Assembly (NCBI GenBank): GCA_014378105.1
Contig: JACMOI010000022.1
Span: forward strand, 792-64,791
From: Pseudopedobacter sp.
GTDB lineage: Bacteria; Bacteroidota; Bacteroidia; Sphingobacteriales; Sphingobacteriaceae
Direction: 5' to 3'
DNA length: 64,000 bases
The number at the start of each line of letters is the position of its first letter. Position 1 is the first letter of the stretch. The position numbers were made by a program, and so were the translations under genes. This document shows positions 21,293 to 31,386 of this stretch, in pieces. The notes below the pieces were generated by a model, which saw nothing but the letters and a program-made list of their open reading frames with translations, was not told the origin of the DNA and searched no databases.

Positions 21293-21934
21293 TTATAAGT
21301 TCTTAATGTTTTCTATTAACCAATTATTTAGGTTCTTAACAGCCAATGGAATGTTCCAGTTTTTGCGATTTCGTTTTTCTACGTAATTTGATATTGCTCG
21401 GATTTGGATGGCTGGAATTTCTATTTCTTCGCAAGCATAAAAAAATGCAGCTCCTTCCATGGTTTCAATAGTAGGATTTATGCGGTCTCTAATATCCTCT
21501 ATACTATCGGCATTCCCATGTACCGTGTTTACAGTAATAGAAGTGACTTTTCTTAAATCTTCAGTTACAGCAAAAGTCGTGGTCGCTTTAAACTCGATCT
21601 CACCTAACTCCATTTGCTCTAGATTAATAAACTCTTCATCATCTTCGGCCCCTAATTCTGATAAAATATCTTCACGTACTTCTACAATTTGTCCAATTTT
21701 TAGGTTGCGATAAAAGCCACCGGCAACACCAACATTCAAGGCTAAATCAAATTTATTTTTAGATAATGTGATACCTAAAGCAAAAGCTGTTGCTACCATT
21801 CCCACACCTGTAATCAGTATTTTAACTTCGTGTGGGTCTATTTTGATAAAATTGTCGGCATTAAATTTCAGGGTATAATTTTTAACAAAAGGCTCGATTT
21901 CTTGATAAGTAGCCGCAACAAGCAGAATTTTCAT
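21293..21934 (-). CDS. mqnB: Futalosine hydrolase (PNP/MTAN fold)
   Basis: LVAAT..E, ITGVG, GVAG, MEGAA, IRAISNYVEKR; adjacent to mqnD. Confidence 0.9.
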   Translation of the reverse strand: MKILLVAATYQEIEPFVKNYTLKFNADNFIKIDPHEVKILITGVGMVATAFALGITLSKNKFDLALNVGVAGGFYRNLKIGQIVEVREDILSELGAEDDEEFINLEQMELGEIEFKATTTFAVTEDLRKVTSITVNTVHGNADSIEDIRDRINPTIETMEGAAFFYACEEIEIPAIQIRAISNYVEKRNRKNWNIPLAVKNLNNWLIENIKNL

Positions 21935-21953
21935 TTTTTATAGCGTTGTTTTT

Positions 21954-22027
21954 GCGTTAACGATGGCAGCGGATACCGGCTTGTGGCTAATGCCTTGAGC
22001 AGTATGAGCAAACAGCGTGTTTAACGC
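21954..22027. repeat. GC-rich structured intergenic element with 7-bp terminal inverted repeats
   Basis: GCGTTAA...TTAACGC ends; nested stems ATAC/GTAT and GGC-taat-GCC. Confidence 0.55.
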
Positions 22028-22110
22028 CCAAAAATTTTTAATCAAATTTAGCAATTTCAAATTTAGGAACATTGAATTTAATTGTTCTGAATGGTTGCAA
22101 ATCCTTTGTT

Positions 22111-22118
22111 TATATTTG
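22111..22118 (+). promoter_or_regulatory. -7 promoter element for PTPS-folE-fabD
   Basis: TATATTTG 17 nt upstream of the ATG at 22136. Confidence 0.65.
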
Positions 22119-22135
22119 CACTTTATTTGATTGGA

Positions 22136-22549
22136 ATGATTTATATCACGAGAAAAGAGCATTTTAATGCAGCGCATAAGCTGTATAGAGAAGAGTGGAG
22201 CCAAGAAAAGAACGAAACGGTTTTTGGTAGGTGCGCAAATGCGAATTGGCATGGCCATAATTATGATTTATTTGTGACCATAAAAGGCGAAATAAATGAA
22301 GAAACAGGCTTTGTAATTGACCTAAAAGATTTGAAAGACATTATTTTAGTCCATGTTGTTGACAAGCTTGATCACCGGAATTTGAATTTGGATGTTGATT
22401 TTATGAAAGGTAAAATGGCATCGACCGAAGTACTGGCAATAGAGATTTGGAAACAATTAGCGCCTCATATTAATTCTAGAGGTGCGGCATTACACTGTAT
22501 TAAGTTGTATGAGACCGCGAACAATTTCGTTGAATACTTTGGAGACTAA
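22136..22549 (+). CDS. 6-pyruvoyl-tetrahydropterin synthase family protein (PTPS-II-type motif)
   Basis: FNAAH, CANANWHGHNY (Cx5HGH), LDHRNLN, STE, LYET; start moved to 22136, downstream of the promoter. Confidence 0.9.
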   Translation: MIYITRKEHFNAAHKLYREEWSQEKNETVFGRCANANWHGHNYDLFVTIKGEINEETGFVIDLKDLKDIILVHVVDKLDHRNLNLDVDFMKGKMASTEVLAIEIWKQLAPHINSRGAALHCIKLYETANNFVEYFGD

Positions 22550-22558
22550 ATTTTTAAA

Positions 22559-23173
22559 ATGAGTAATATATCTAAAATGGGTTACCAGAAAGAAGAAACT
22601 TATAACGAGGAAGCTATACAAGAATTAGCTGGTCAGTATCATAAAATTTTGAAGGTAATTGGGGAAGATCCAAATCGTGAAGGTTTATTAAAAACCCCTG
22701 AACGCGTAGCTAAAGCATTACAATTTTTAACTCACGGATATGATTTGGATGCTGCGGAAATCTTAAGATCGGCCATGTTTAAAGAAGATTATAGCCAAAT
22801 GGTGATTGTGAAGGATATTGAAGTGTATTCGATGTGTGAACATCATATGTTACCTTTCTTTGGTAAAGTACATATTGCGTATATTCCAAATGGGCATATT
22901 GTGGGTTTAAGCAAAATTCCGAGGGTGGTTGATGCTTTTGCTCGCAGATTACAAGTGCAAGAACGATTGACTAATGAGATAATGGATTGTATACAAGATA
23001 CTCTAAAACCTTCTGGTGTTGCAGTAGTAATGGAATGTAAGCACATGTGTATGAGTATGAGAGGTATTCAAAAGCAAAATTCGGTGACTACTACTTCGGC
23101 TTTTACAGGTGAATTTGTAAACGAACGGACTAGATCAGAGTTTTTAAGATTAATTTCAGCTAATCTGGATTAA
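22559..23173 (+). CDS. folE: GTP cyclohydrolase I
   Basis: [37 protein letters not shown]. Confidence 0.97.
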   Translation: MSNISKMGYQKEETYNEEAIQELAGQYHKILKVIGEDPNREGLLKTPERVAKALQFLTHGYDLDAAEILRSAMFKEDYSQMVIVKDIEVYSMCEHHMLPFFGKVHIAYIPNGHIVGLSKIPRVVDAFARRLQVQERLTNEIMDCIQDTLKPSGVAVVMECKHMCMSMRGIQKQNSVTTTSAFTGEFVNERTRSEFLRLISANLD

Positions 23174-23203
23174 TTATTTCTGGTAAACTAAAATATATTT
23201 AAT

Positions 23204-24085
23204 ATGAAAGCATACGTATTCCCTGGTCAAGGTGCCCAATTTGTTGGGATGGGAAAGGATTTATATGAAAACTCGGCTTTAGCCAAAGAACTTTTTGAAA
23301 AAGCGAATGAAATTTTAGGATTCCGTATTACAGACATTATGTTTAGCGGCACTGACGAGCAGCTGAAGGAAACTAAAGTAACTCAGCCTGCTATTTTCTT
23401 ACATTCGGTAATTTTAGCAAAAGTTTTGGGTGATGATTTTCAGCCAGATATGGTAGCAGGACATTCTTTAGGCGAGTTTTCGGCATTAACATCAGCCGGA
23501 GCGCTATCATTTGAAGATGGTTTGACTTTGGTTTCAAAGCGAGCAAATGCTATGCAAAAGGCATGCGAAATTCAACCCTCCACTATGGCGGCAGTTTTGG
23601 GTTTAGATGATTTTACTGTGGAGGATATCTGCCAGAGAGTGAGTGATGTAGTAGTGCCAGCAAATTATAACTGCCCTGGTCAATTGGTCATCTCTGGGAG
23701 TATTGCAGGAATTGATAAGGCTTGTGAATTGTTAATCGCTGCTGGAGCAAAGAGAGCGATTAAATTAAATGTTGGAGGCGCTTTCCACTCCCCTTTAATG
23801 GAAGCTGCTAAAATTGAGTTAGAGGCTGCAATTGTAGCTACAGAAATAAAGGAACCTATTTGTCCTGTTTATCAAAATATTGACGCAAAGCCCTATACAG
23901 ATGTAGCTAGTATCAAACAAAATCTAATTGCTCAATTAACAGGATCTGTGAAATGGACACAAACAAATCAGAAGATGATATATGATGGGGCAACCGAATT
24001 TATTGAGGTTGGACCTGGTAATGTTTTGCAGGGCCTTGTAAAAAAGATAGACAGAGCAATGCCGACTTCTAGTGCAAGTATTTAA
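23204..24085 (+). CDS. fabD: Malonyl-CoA:ACP transacylase
   Basis: FPGQGAQ, GHSLGE, AFHS, EVGPG. Confidence 0.97.
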   Translation: MKAYVFPGQGAQFVGMGKDLYENSALAKELFEKANEILGFRITDIMFSGTDEQLKETKVTQPAIFLHSVILAKVLGDDFQPDMVAGHSLGEFSALTSAGALSFEDGLTLVSKRANAMQKACEIQPSTMAAVLGLDDFTVEDICQRVSDVVVPANYNCPGQLVISGSIAGIDKACELLIAAGAKRAIKLNVGGAFHSPLMEAAKIELEAAIVATEIKEPICPVYQNIDAKPYTDVASIKQNLIAQLTGSVKWTQTNQKMIYDGATEFIEVGPGNVLQGLVKKIDRAMPTSSASI

Positions 24086-24093
24086 AAAACTAG

Positions 24094-24118
24094 ACAGGAA
24101 TTAATTCCTGTTTTTTTT
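24094..24118 (+). terminator. Intrinsic terminator after fabD
   Basis: ACAGGAA-ttaa-TTCCTGT followed by a T run. Confidence 0.8.
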
Positions 24119-24188
24119 GGCTTGATTTTGGGTTAGTGCTTTATCATTCTAACTATATCTATTTTGCCATACATAAGGAAACATTTGA

Positions 24189-27100
24189 TTGAAAACTAAT
24201 ACCAAAATTCGCTGGCTTTTACTGATAGTTACTATTGGGCTTTTTGCTACATCTTTAACAGCAAGATGGGCATCTACTAAGTTAGTTGATTTGAATAATA
24301 TCGCCGATCAAATATCAAACAATCTGGGGGTAAAGGAAACTCAGGTTTATGACTACTTAACTGATCAAAAAAAGCTTAATAATCTTAAAAAACTCCCTTT
24401 CAGTTCAGATTTAGCGGATAGAGTCACTAATTATTTTAATGATGAGCATATTAATTTACAAATATTTGATAAAGGAAAACTCGTTTTTTGGTCTGATAAC
24501 GAAGTCACAGCCAACAATTTTTCTAGTTTAAAAGAAGGGACCAGTTTTGTAAATTATCAAACAGGTTGGTACGAAGTAATTAAGAAACAAGAGGGAGACT
24601 TCTCCTTTATTTTCCTGATTCTTGTTCAGTCACAATATCCTTTTCAAAATAGATATTTAGATAATAGATTTAGTGATGATTTTATAGTTAATAAATCAAT
24701 CCAGGTTGCCAGCTTAAAAGACATAAAGGTTGCTGATATCAAAAATATTGAAGGTAAATACCTTTTTTCTATCAAAATAAATCCAAACAATTTTAATATT
24801 CCATATAGCAATTTTGAAATTGGAATGTGGATTTTAGGATTTCTAACTTTATATTTACTTATTAATAGCATTTGTAAACTTTATGCTGATAAAGGATATC
24901 CTATTGGTGCAATAACCCTTTTGAGTATTTGTTTCGTTTTGTTAAGGTATTTAGGGTTAAAGTATCATTTTCCTGATGCTATTTATAGCTTAGAACTATT
25001 TAAACCAAATATTTACGCATCAAATATTTACTTCCCATCTTTCGCTGATTTATTTCTTAACGTTATCACCATTCTTTGGATTGTTATTTTTATTTATAGT
25101 TATAAAAATAAGATTTTTAAACCGATTCAAAATCCATGGCTAGGTTGTCCACTTTTAATATATTCAGGGATATTTATAGTTTTCCTTTCATATGCATATT
25201 CGAATGTATTCTTCGGTTTAATTTTTAACTCAAATATTAATTTTAAAGTTTCAAACTTGGTCAATCTTAATTGGCTTAGCTTTGTTGGGATATTATTGAT
25301 GATGCTTGGTTTGTTGAGCTTTTATATCATTGTGGATATCCTTATTTCACTTTCCTTTTATATTCAAATAAAAATCAAAACAAAGCTGATATTATTTGGA
25401 GTGTGTTTTTTTACATATAGTGCCTACGAGATTTTTCAGGGGAATTTTACTGTATTTTTTATTCTCATTTTTGCTTTGGTCTTAATCATAGCTCGTCTCA
25501 TTTACAATCATAATGGGCAAATGATTTTCCCCGCTTTATTAATTATTTCTTTGATTTTTGCAACGTTGGTATCTATTAAACTCACACGATTTGATAACAT
25601 CAAAGAGTTAGAAATTAGAAAAAGGCTGGTTCTTAGGTTAGAAACTGTAGATGATCCCTATGCTATCGTTTCGTTTTATGAAATTGAGCGGAATATTCCT
25701 GATGATCCTAAACTTAAATCGATATTTAAACAAGATTCGCTAAATGCCAAAAAAATAATTAACGAATTTTCCTCGAATTATTTGGGAGGTTATTTGAATA
25801 AATTTAGTTTCGGTACCTACCTCTTTGATGCTAAAGATTCTCTAATTAATAAGAATACCAATACTCAATTAAATTTTTTTAAGAAAAAGGTTGAAGAAGG
25901 CTCTATCAAAGTGTCAAATTATTTTTATCGATCAAATAATAACTTTGGCTCCCAAGACTATTTTGCGATAATACCGATTAAAGACAATGGAATAAATCTA
26001 GGAACAATAGTACTAGATTTAACTTCTAAACAACTAGAGACTTATGGTGCTTTTCCACAACTTTTACAAAATGGTAAAAAAGATCAACAACTAGATTTTG
26101 CCGATTATTCTTATGCATTTTATGAAAATAAAAAATTAGTAAACCAATATGGAAATTACGTTTACGATTTAAAGAACAATGATTTTAATGGAAAAGTTAA
26201 AGATTTCGTTATTCTTAAAAAAGCTGGATTTGATCATCTTATTTTTAAACCCAGTAGTAAAAATACCATTGTGGTTACTCACGAATCCAGCACATTCTGG
26301 CGTGAATTGGCCTCGCTCTCATTCTTCTTTATCATCTTTTTGATTTTTGCTTTGCTCATTGTTTCTTATAAATGGCTATGGGGTGTAATTTCCTCCTATG
26401 AACTAAATATAAGAAGCCTGAGGTTAAAATTATTTTTAAGTAATAACAAGTTGCTTTACAAAACGCGTATTCAAGTAGCACTTGTTTTAGCAGTGGTGAG
26501 TTCTCTTTTAATTATTGGTATTATTACTTTCTCATACATTTCTATACAATATAAGGATCAACAAAAAGATCTTATAAAAGGTAAAATTAAAGTAATTGCT
26601 GGCGCATTCGAAGAGAATATTTCCAATGAGTTTAATAGCATAAATGGCGATGAGAAAAATATATCTTTTGATGAGTTTTCGAAAATGTATGGTACTGATC
26701 TGAACTTGTACAACAAAGAGGGTAAGCTACTTTATTCAACTCAATATAAGATTTATGCTATTGGATTGATTGCCGAAAGAATGAATGCTCAGGCCTATAT
26801 CAACCTTCATTTGAAACAAAAGTCAGAGTTTATTCAGGAAGAAAATATTGGATATCTAAAGTTTACATCGGCATATATGCCTGTTAAAAATCTTCAAAAT
26901 AATGTAATTGCCTATTTACAGTTGCCTTATTTTTCCAATCAGGACGATTATAACCAAAAGATTGGAACCTTTTTAAACTTGTTGATTAATATTTATGTAT
27001 TGGTTTTTGTCGCCATAGGTTTTTTCGCCTTTGTGGTAGCAAATCAAATTACAAGTCCTCTGAGTTTGATTCAAGAAAGTATTGCCAAAACCATGATGGG

Positions 27101-27908
27101 GAAAAAGAATGAACCAATAGAGTGGAAAAGGAATGATGAAATCGGCAGTTTGATTAAGGAGTATAACTCGATGATTGAAACTTTAGAAGAGAATGTGAAT
27201 AAACTCGCACAGTCTGAGAGAGAAATAGCGTGGCGAGAAATGGCAAAACAGGTGGCTCATGAAATCAAAAATCCTTTAACGCCACTTAAATTAGGGATTC
27301 AGATGCTGGAAAGATCCTGGAAGGAAAAGGATGAGAAATTTGATGAGAAATTTAGGAAGTTTAGTAAATCTTTTTTAGAGCAAATAGATAGCTTAAGCCA
27401 TATCGCATCAGAATTTTCGAATTTCGCTAAAATGCCAGCGTTAAAATTGGAAGAAATAGAGTTAGCAGATGTTTTGGGCCAGGCGATTCAAGTTTATGGG
27501 CAAATGAATCATATCCAAATCAATTGGAAAGAAAAAGAGTTAAAGAATATTTTCATTAAAGTAGATAAAGATCAGCTTCTAAGATCTTTTAATAACTTAC
27601 TAAAAAATGCCATTGAAGCAATGCCAGAAGGTAGAAATGGAATTATTAAAATTGTTGGGCATAAATCGAGCAAAAAAATCGAGATCACCATCCATGATAA
27701 TGGAAATGGAATACCTGAAGAATTAAGGAGTAGTATTTTCGAACCAAACTTTACCACTAAAACATCAGGAACAGGCTTAGGATTAGCCTTTGTAAAACAA
27801 GCCATAGAGAATGTGGGCGGAAATATTTATTTTACCACTGAAATTAATGTAGGAACAACATTCCACATCATTTTGCCTTTGGTAAATAAATGGTCAAAAG
27901 AATCATAA
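24189..27908 (+). CDS. Large multi-TM sensor histidine kinase (HAMP-HisKA-HATPase, NtrY-like core)
   Basis: RNDEIG, WREMAKQVAHEIKNPLTP, NLLKNAIEA, FEPNFTTK, GTGLGL; TTG start. Confidence 0.92.
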   Translation: MKTNTKIRWLLLIVTIGLFATSLTARWASTKLVDLNNIADQISNNLGVKETQVYDYLTDQKKLNNLKKLPFSSDLADRVTNYFNDEHINLQIFDKGKLVFWSDNEVTANNFSSLKEGTSFVNYQTGWYEVIKKQEGDFSFIFLILVQSQYPFQNRYLDNRFSDDFIVNKSIQVASLKDIKVADIKNIEGKYLFSIKINPNNFNIPYSNFEIGMWILGFLTLYLLINSICKLYADKGYPIGAITLLSICFVLLRYLGLKYHFPDAIYSLELFKPNIYASNIYFPSFADLFLNVITILWIVIFIYSYKNKIFKPIQNPWLGCPLLIYSGIFIVFLSYAYSNVFFGLIFNSNINFKVSNLVNLNWLSFVGILLMMLGLLSFYIIVDILISLSFYIQIKIKTKLILFGVCFFTYSAYEIFQGNFTVFFILIFALVLIIARLIYNHNGQMIFPALLIISLIFATLVSIKLTRFDNIKELEIRKRLVLRLETVDDPYAIVSFYEIERNIPDDPKLKSIFKQDSLNAKKIINEFSSNYLGGYLNKFSFGTYLFDAKDSLINKNTNTQLNFFKKKVEEGSIKVSNYFYRSNNNFGSQDYFAIIPIKDNGINLGTIVLDLTSKQLETYGAFPQLLQNGKKDQQLDFADYSYAFYENKKLVNQYGNYVYDLKNNDFNGKVKDFVILKKAGFDHLIFKPSSKNTIVVTHESSTFWRELASLSFFFIIFLIFALLIVSYKWLWGVISSYELNIRSLRLKLFLSNNKLLYKTRIQVALVLAVVSSLLIIGIITFSYISIQYKDQQKDLIKGKIKVIAGAFEENISNEFNSINGDEKNISFDEFSKMYGTDLNLYNKEGKLLYSTQYKIYAIGLIAERMNAQAYINLHLKQKSEFIQEENIGYLKFTSAYMPVKNLQNNVIAYLQLPYFSNQDDYNQKIGTFLNLLINIYVLVFVAIGFFAFVVANQITSPLSLIQESIAKTMMGKKNEPIEWKRNDEIGSLIKEYNSMIETLEENVNKLAQSEREIAWREMAKQVAHEIKNPLTPLKLGIQMLERSWKEKDEKFDEKFRKFSKSFLEQIDSLSHIASEFSNFAKMPALKLEEIELADVLGQAIQVYGQMNHIQINWKEKELKNIFIKVDKDQLLRSFNNLLKNAIEAMPEGRNGIIKIVGHKSSKKIEITIHDNGNGIPEELRSSIFEPNFTTKTSGTGLGLAFVKQAIENVGGNIYFTTEINVGTTFHIILPLVNKWSKES

Positions 27909-30900
27909 TCGGCTTATTCTTAATTTGTATTAGTTCTTGTGTTATTGCACAATCTGCCAGTTTTATTTCGTTTAAAAGAATAGCAGTTAAAGATTCTATC
28001 ATTTTAGACGAGTTGAGTATTTTACCAAGTAGCCTTAAAGTTTTTAATGGCGTTTTGGAAATTTCCTCTAACCAGTATCAGATTAATTATTCAAAAGCAC
28101 AACTCACTTGGAAAATTAAACCTCAAATAGATTCTCTAAATGTTCAATATAGAACTTTGCCATTATCCTTATCGGCCAAACAATTCCATAAGAATCCTTC
28201 ATTAATAGAACGACAAGTTATTGATAATAATCCTTATATCTACTCCATAGGTAAAGAAGAAAATGCTGTTTTTAACTTAGATGGATTTAATAAAAGTGGT
28301 AGTATTTCTAGAGGGATTGGTTTTGGGAACAATCAGGACTTATCCGTCAATTCAAATTTGGTTTTGCAGTTAGCAGGAAAGTTAAATAATGACATTGAAA
28401 TTTTAGCGGCTATTTCAGATGATAATATTCCCATTCAGCCAGAAGGGAATACACAACAAATCAATGATTTTGACAAGGTATTTATTCAGCTGAAAAGAAA
28501 AGGAACAACTTTGATTGCTGGAGATTACGAGTTAAGAAGACCTGATAGTTACTTCACCAATTATTATAAAAGGACCCAAGGAATATTTGTTTCTAATATT
28601 TTTAAAGATAAAAAGGGGAATGATTTTGAGACGAAATTTGCAGGTGCGGTTGCCAAAGGCAGATCAGCAAGAAACTTGATTAATGGAATAGAAGGCAATC
28701 AAGGTCCTTACCGTTTAAATGGTAATAATGGGGAGCAATATATCATTGTATTATCAGGAACTGAGCGAGTTTACTTAGACGGAAATTTGTTGTTGCGTGG
28801 ACAGGACAATGACTATATCATGGATTATAATACTGCTGAATTAACTTTTACCACTAAACGATTGGTCACAAGAAACTCTAGAATTACTGTGGAGTTTGAA
28901 TATTCGGATAAAGTTTTCGCCAGAAGTTTGTACAATTTAAACGAAGGATTTAAAAGTGAAAAGTTACAAATGAATTTCAACTATTACTCTGAGCAAGATA
29001 ATCCTAACTGTCCATTTCTTCAGGATTTAAACGATAACCAAAAGCAGTTTTTGAGTAGGATTGGCAATCAGATAGATCAGGCAATTTATCCAAATATTGA
29101 TAGCTTAGGTTTTAACGAGAACGAGATACGGTATAAAAAAATAGATTCCTTAGGTTTTCAAGATGTTTACGTTTACAGTACCAATTCTAATTTAGCAAAG
29201 TATAGGGTTGGCTTTACCTATTTAGGCCCAAATAGAGGGAATTATCGTTTAAATAATAGTTCACAAGCTAATGGTAGGGTTTACAGTTTTGTAGTGCCAG
29301 TAAAAGGAATTTCACAAGGAGATTATGCTCCCGTTACGCTGTTAGTTACACCTAAAAAACAACAATTAATTACTTTGAATGCTAAATATCAAATCAGTAA
29401 AAGAACCAATATTTTTTCTGAGGTAGCAATGAGTAATAACGATTTAAACCTTTTCTCTAAATTTCAAAACTCGCAAAATAAGGGTGTTGCCTACAAGTTC
29501 ATTTTAAACGATCAGCGGTTGTTGAACAATTCAGACTCTTTAGGATGGAAAGTAAAGACTAGCCTCAGTTATGAATATACCAATCAGCGATTTAAACCAT
29601 TGGAGAGGTATCGCCCAGTAGAGTTTGATCGTGATTTTAATTTTAGAGGAGTAAATTTACCTAACGCAAATGAATATTGGAGCACTTTAAATTTTCAGCT
29701 TTTGAAATCACCAAATCAGCAATTTAGTTATGGTTTTGCAAATTTTGTTAGAAAAGGAAGCTACAATGGTTTGCAACAAAATTTCAATGCAAATTTCGAG
29801 TTAGATAGATTTAAAGTCTACTATAATGGTAGCATGCTAAACTCCACCACTGATATTGATAATGGTAAATTTCTGAAACAAAAATTCGCTTTTAGTAAAG
29901 CCATAAAATCTATCGAAAGCGGGTTTATTTATGAACAAGAATTAAATAAAACATCAAATAAAAGTGGGGATAGTTTGAATTTTCAGTCTTTCTCTTTTAA
30001 GCAATACGATTTCTTTTTTAAGTCTGCGGACTCTTCAAAAAAAGCTTTTCTTTTACAATTCAGTCAACGTTTTGATGATTTACCTTTCGAAAATAAATTA
30101 AATGCATACACGAAGGCGAATACATTTACAGGTAAATGGACTCTAGCTCAAAACTCGAGATCTAATCTTTCGATAAATGCAACTTATCGTACTTTGAACT
30201 ATTTAAATAATGATATGCTAAAGAAAAATGAAGAAACGCTTTTAGGACGAATTGATTATAATTTCAACACCCTAAAAGGATTTATAAACTTCCAATCTTT
30301 TTATGAATTAGGCACAGGGCAAGAGCCGAAGAGAGAGTTTATTTATCTGGAAGTAGCAGCTGGCCAAGGGATTTATTCTTGGAAAGATTATAACAAAAAC
30401 GGGATTAAAGAATTGAACGAATTTGAAATTGCTAAATATCAGGACGAGGCGAAATTTATTAAGGTTTTTAGACCAACAAATGAATTTATTAGGTCTAATT
30501 TTACAAATGTTAATCAAACATTGACCTTAAACGCAGCTTCGTTATTAAAAAATAATAAGAAAGATTTTTACAGATTTCTTGCCAAACTGTCTAATATCAG
30601 TGTATTAAGGATCGATAAAAAAGTTTTAGCAAGTAACGGACTTAAGATTAACCCATATCAAACCCAAATTGATTTAAATAACTTGGTTGCTTTAAACTCA
30701 TTTATCAGAAATACCTTTTTCTTTAATAGATCAAATCCAATTTTCGGTATAGATTTTAATTTCCAAAAAACAGCCAGTAAACTTTTATTAACAAACGGAT
30801 TTGATAGCCGCAATAATCAAGAGGAAGGGCTTAGAGTAAGATGGAATCTTTTGAAAAAAAGTAGTTTTACAATGAGCTTAAATTCGGGATCGAAAAGGTA

Positions 30901-31339
30901 TAATTCTCAACTATTTACAGAGCGGAACTATCTCATCAATTATTTTGAAGTCGCACCAGAGTTTAGTTATCAATACAGTTCAAACTTTAAAACCTCTTTT
31001 AAATTTGATTTAAAGCATCAGAAAAATGAGATCAATTATGGAGGAGAGAACAATTTAAATCTTAAATTGAGCGTGGAAACAAGGTATAATATAACTAAAA
31101 AGGGAACTTTATCAGCTCAGCTAAATCTAATTAATAATAAATTCACTGGAACAAATAACTCATCTATTGCTTATGAGATTTTAGATGGTTTACAACCAGG
31201 TAATAACTTAACGTGGTCAGCTGGTTTTCAAAGAACCATCTCAAATGGCATCCAACTTAACTTTACTTATGACGGCCGAAAATCAGATGGGGTTAAGGCG
31301 ATACATACAGGAGGTTTGCAAGTAAGAGCATATTTTTAA
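27890..31339 (+). CDS. Large putative outer-membrane beta-barrel protein (distant SprA-like N-terminal region)
   Basis: Signal peptide, alternating beta-strand pattern, C-terminal LQVRAYF; overlaps the kinase stop. Confidence 0.75.
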   Translation: MVKRIIIGLFLICISSCVIAQSASFISFKRIAVKDSIILDELSILPSSLKVFNGVLEISSNQYQINYSKAQLTWKIKPQIDSLNVQYRTLPLSLSAKQFHKNPSLIERQVIDNNPYIYSIGKEENAVFNLDGFNKSGSISRGIGFGNNQDLSVNSNLVLQLAGKLNNDIEILAAISDDNIPIQPEGNTQQINDFDKVFIQLKRKGTTLIAGDYELRRPDSYFTNYYKRTQGIFVSNIFKDKKGNDFETKFAGAVAKGRSARNLINGIEGNQGPYRLNGNNGEQYIIVLSGTERVYLDGNLLLRGQDNDYIMDYNTAELTFTTKRLVTRNSRITVEFEYSDKVFARSLYNLNEGFKSEKLQMNFNYYSEQDNPNCPFLQDLNDNQKQFLSRIGNQIDQAIYPNIDSLGFNENEIRYKKIDSLGFQDVYVYSTNSNLAKYRVGFTYLGPNRGNYRLNNSSQANGRVYSFVVPVKGISQGDYAPVTLLVTPKKQQLITLNAKYQISKRTNIFSEVAMSNNDLNLFSKFQNSQNKGVAYKFILNDQRLLNNSDSLGWKVKTSLSYEYTNQRFKPLERYRPVEFDRDFNFRGVNLPNANEYWSTLNFQLLKSPNQQFSYGFANFVRKGSYNGLQQNFNANFELDRFKVYYNGSMLNSTTDIDNGKFLKQKFAFSKAIKSIESGFIYEQELNKTSNKSGDSLNFQSFSFKQYDFFFKSADSSKKAFLLQFSQRFDDLPFENKLNAYTKANTFTGKWTLAQNSRSNLSINATYRTLNYLNNDMLKKNEETLLGRIDYNFNTLKGFINFQSFYELGTGQEPKREFIYLEVAAGQGIYSWKDYNKNGIKELNEFEIAKYQDEAKFIKVFRPTNEFIRSNFTNVNQTLTLNAASLLKNNKKDFYRFLAKLSNISVLRIDKKVLASNGLKINPYQTQIDLNNLVALNSFIRNTFFFNRSNPIFGIDFNFQKTASKLLLTNGFDSRNNQEEGLRVRWNLLKKSSFTMSLNSGSKRYNSQLFTERNYLINYFEVAPEFSYQYSSNFKTSFKFDLKHQKNEINYGGENNLNLKLSVETRYNITKKGTLSAQLNLINNKFTGTNNSSIAYEILDGLQPGNNLTWSAGFQRTISNGIQLNFTYDGRKSDGVKAIHTGGLQVRAYF

Positions 31340-31344
31340 AAAAT

Positions 31345-31372
31345 AAAGCCCAAATTTTAAAATTCAGGCTTT
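31345..31372. terminator. Probable terminator between convergent genes
   Basis: AAAGCC..AATTTT/AAAATT..GGCTTT imperfect inverted repeat. Confidence 0.55.
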
Positions 31373-31386
31373 GTATATATATCAGT

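Noticed and set aside
21938-22258. 106-aa minus-strand ORF
   Set aside because: Overlaps the PTPS gene, its promoter and the structured element; no recognisable motifs
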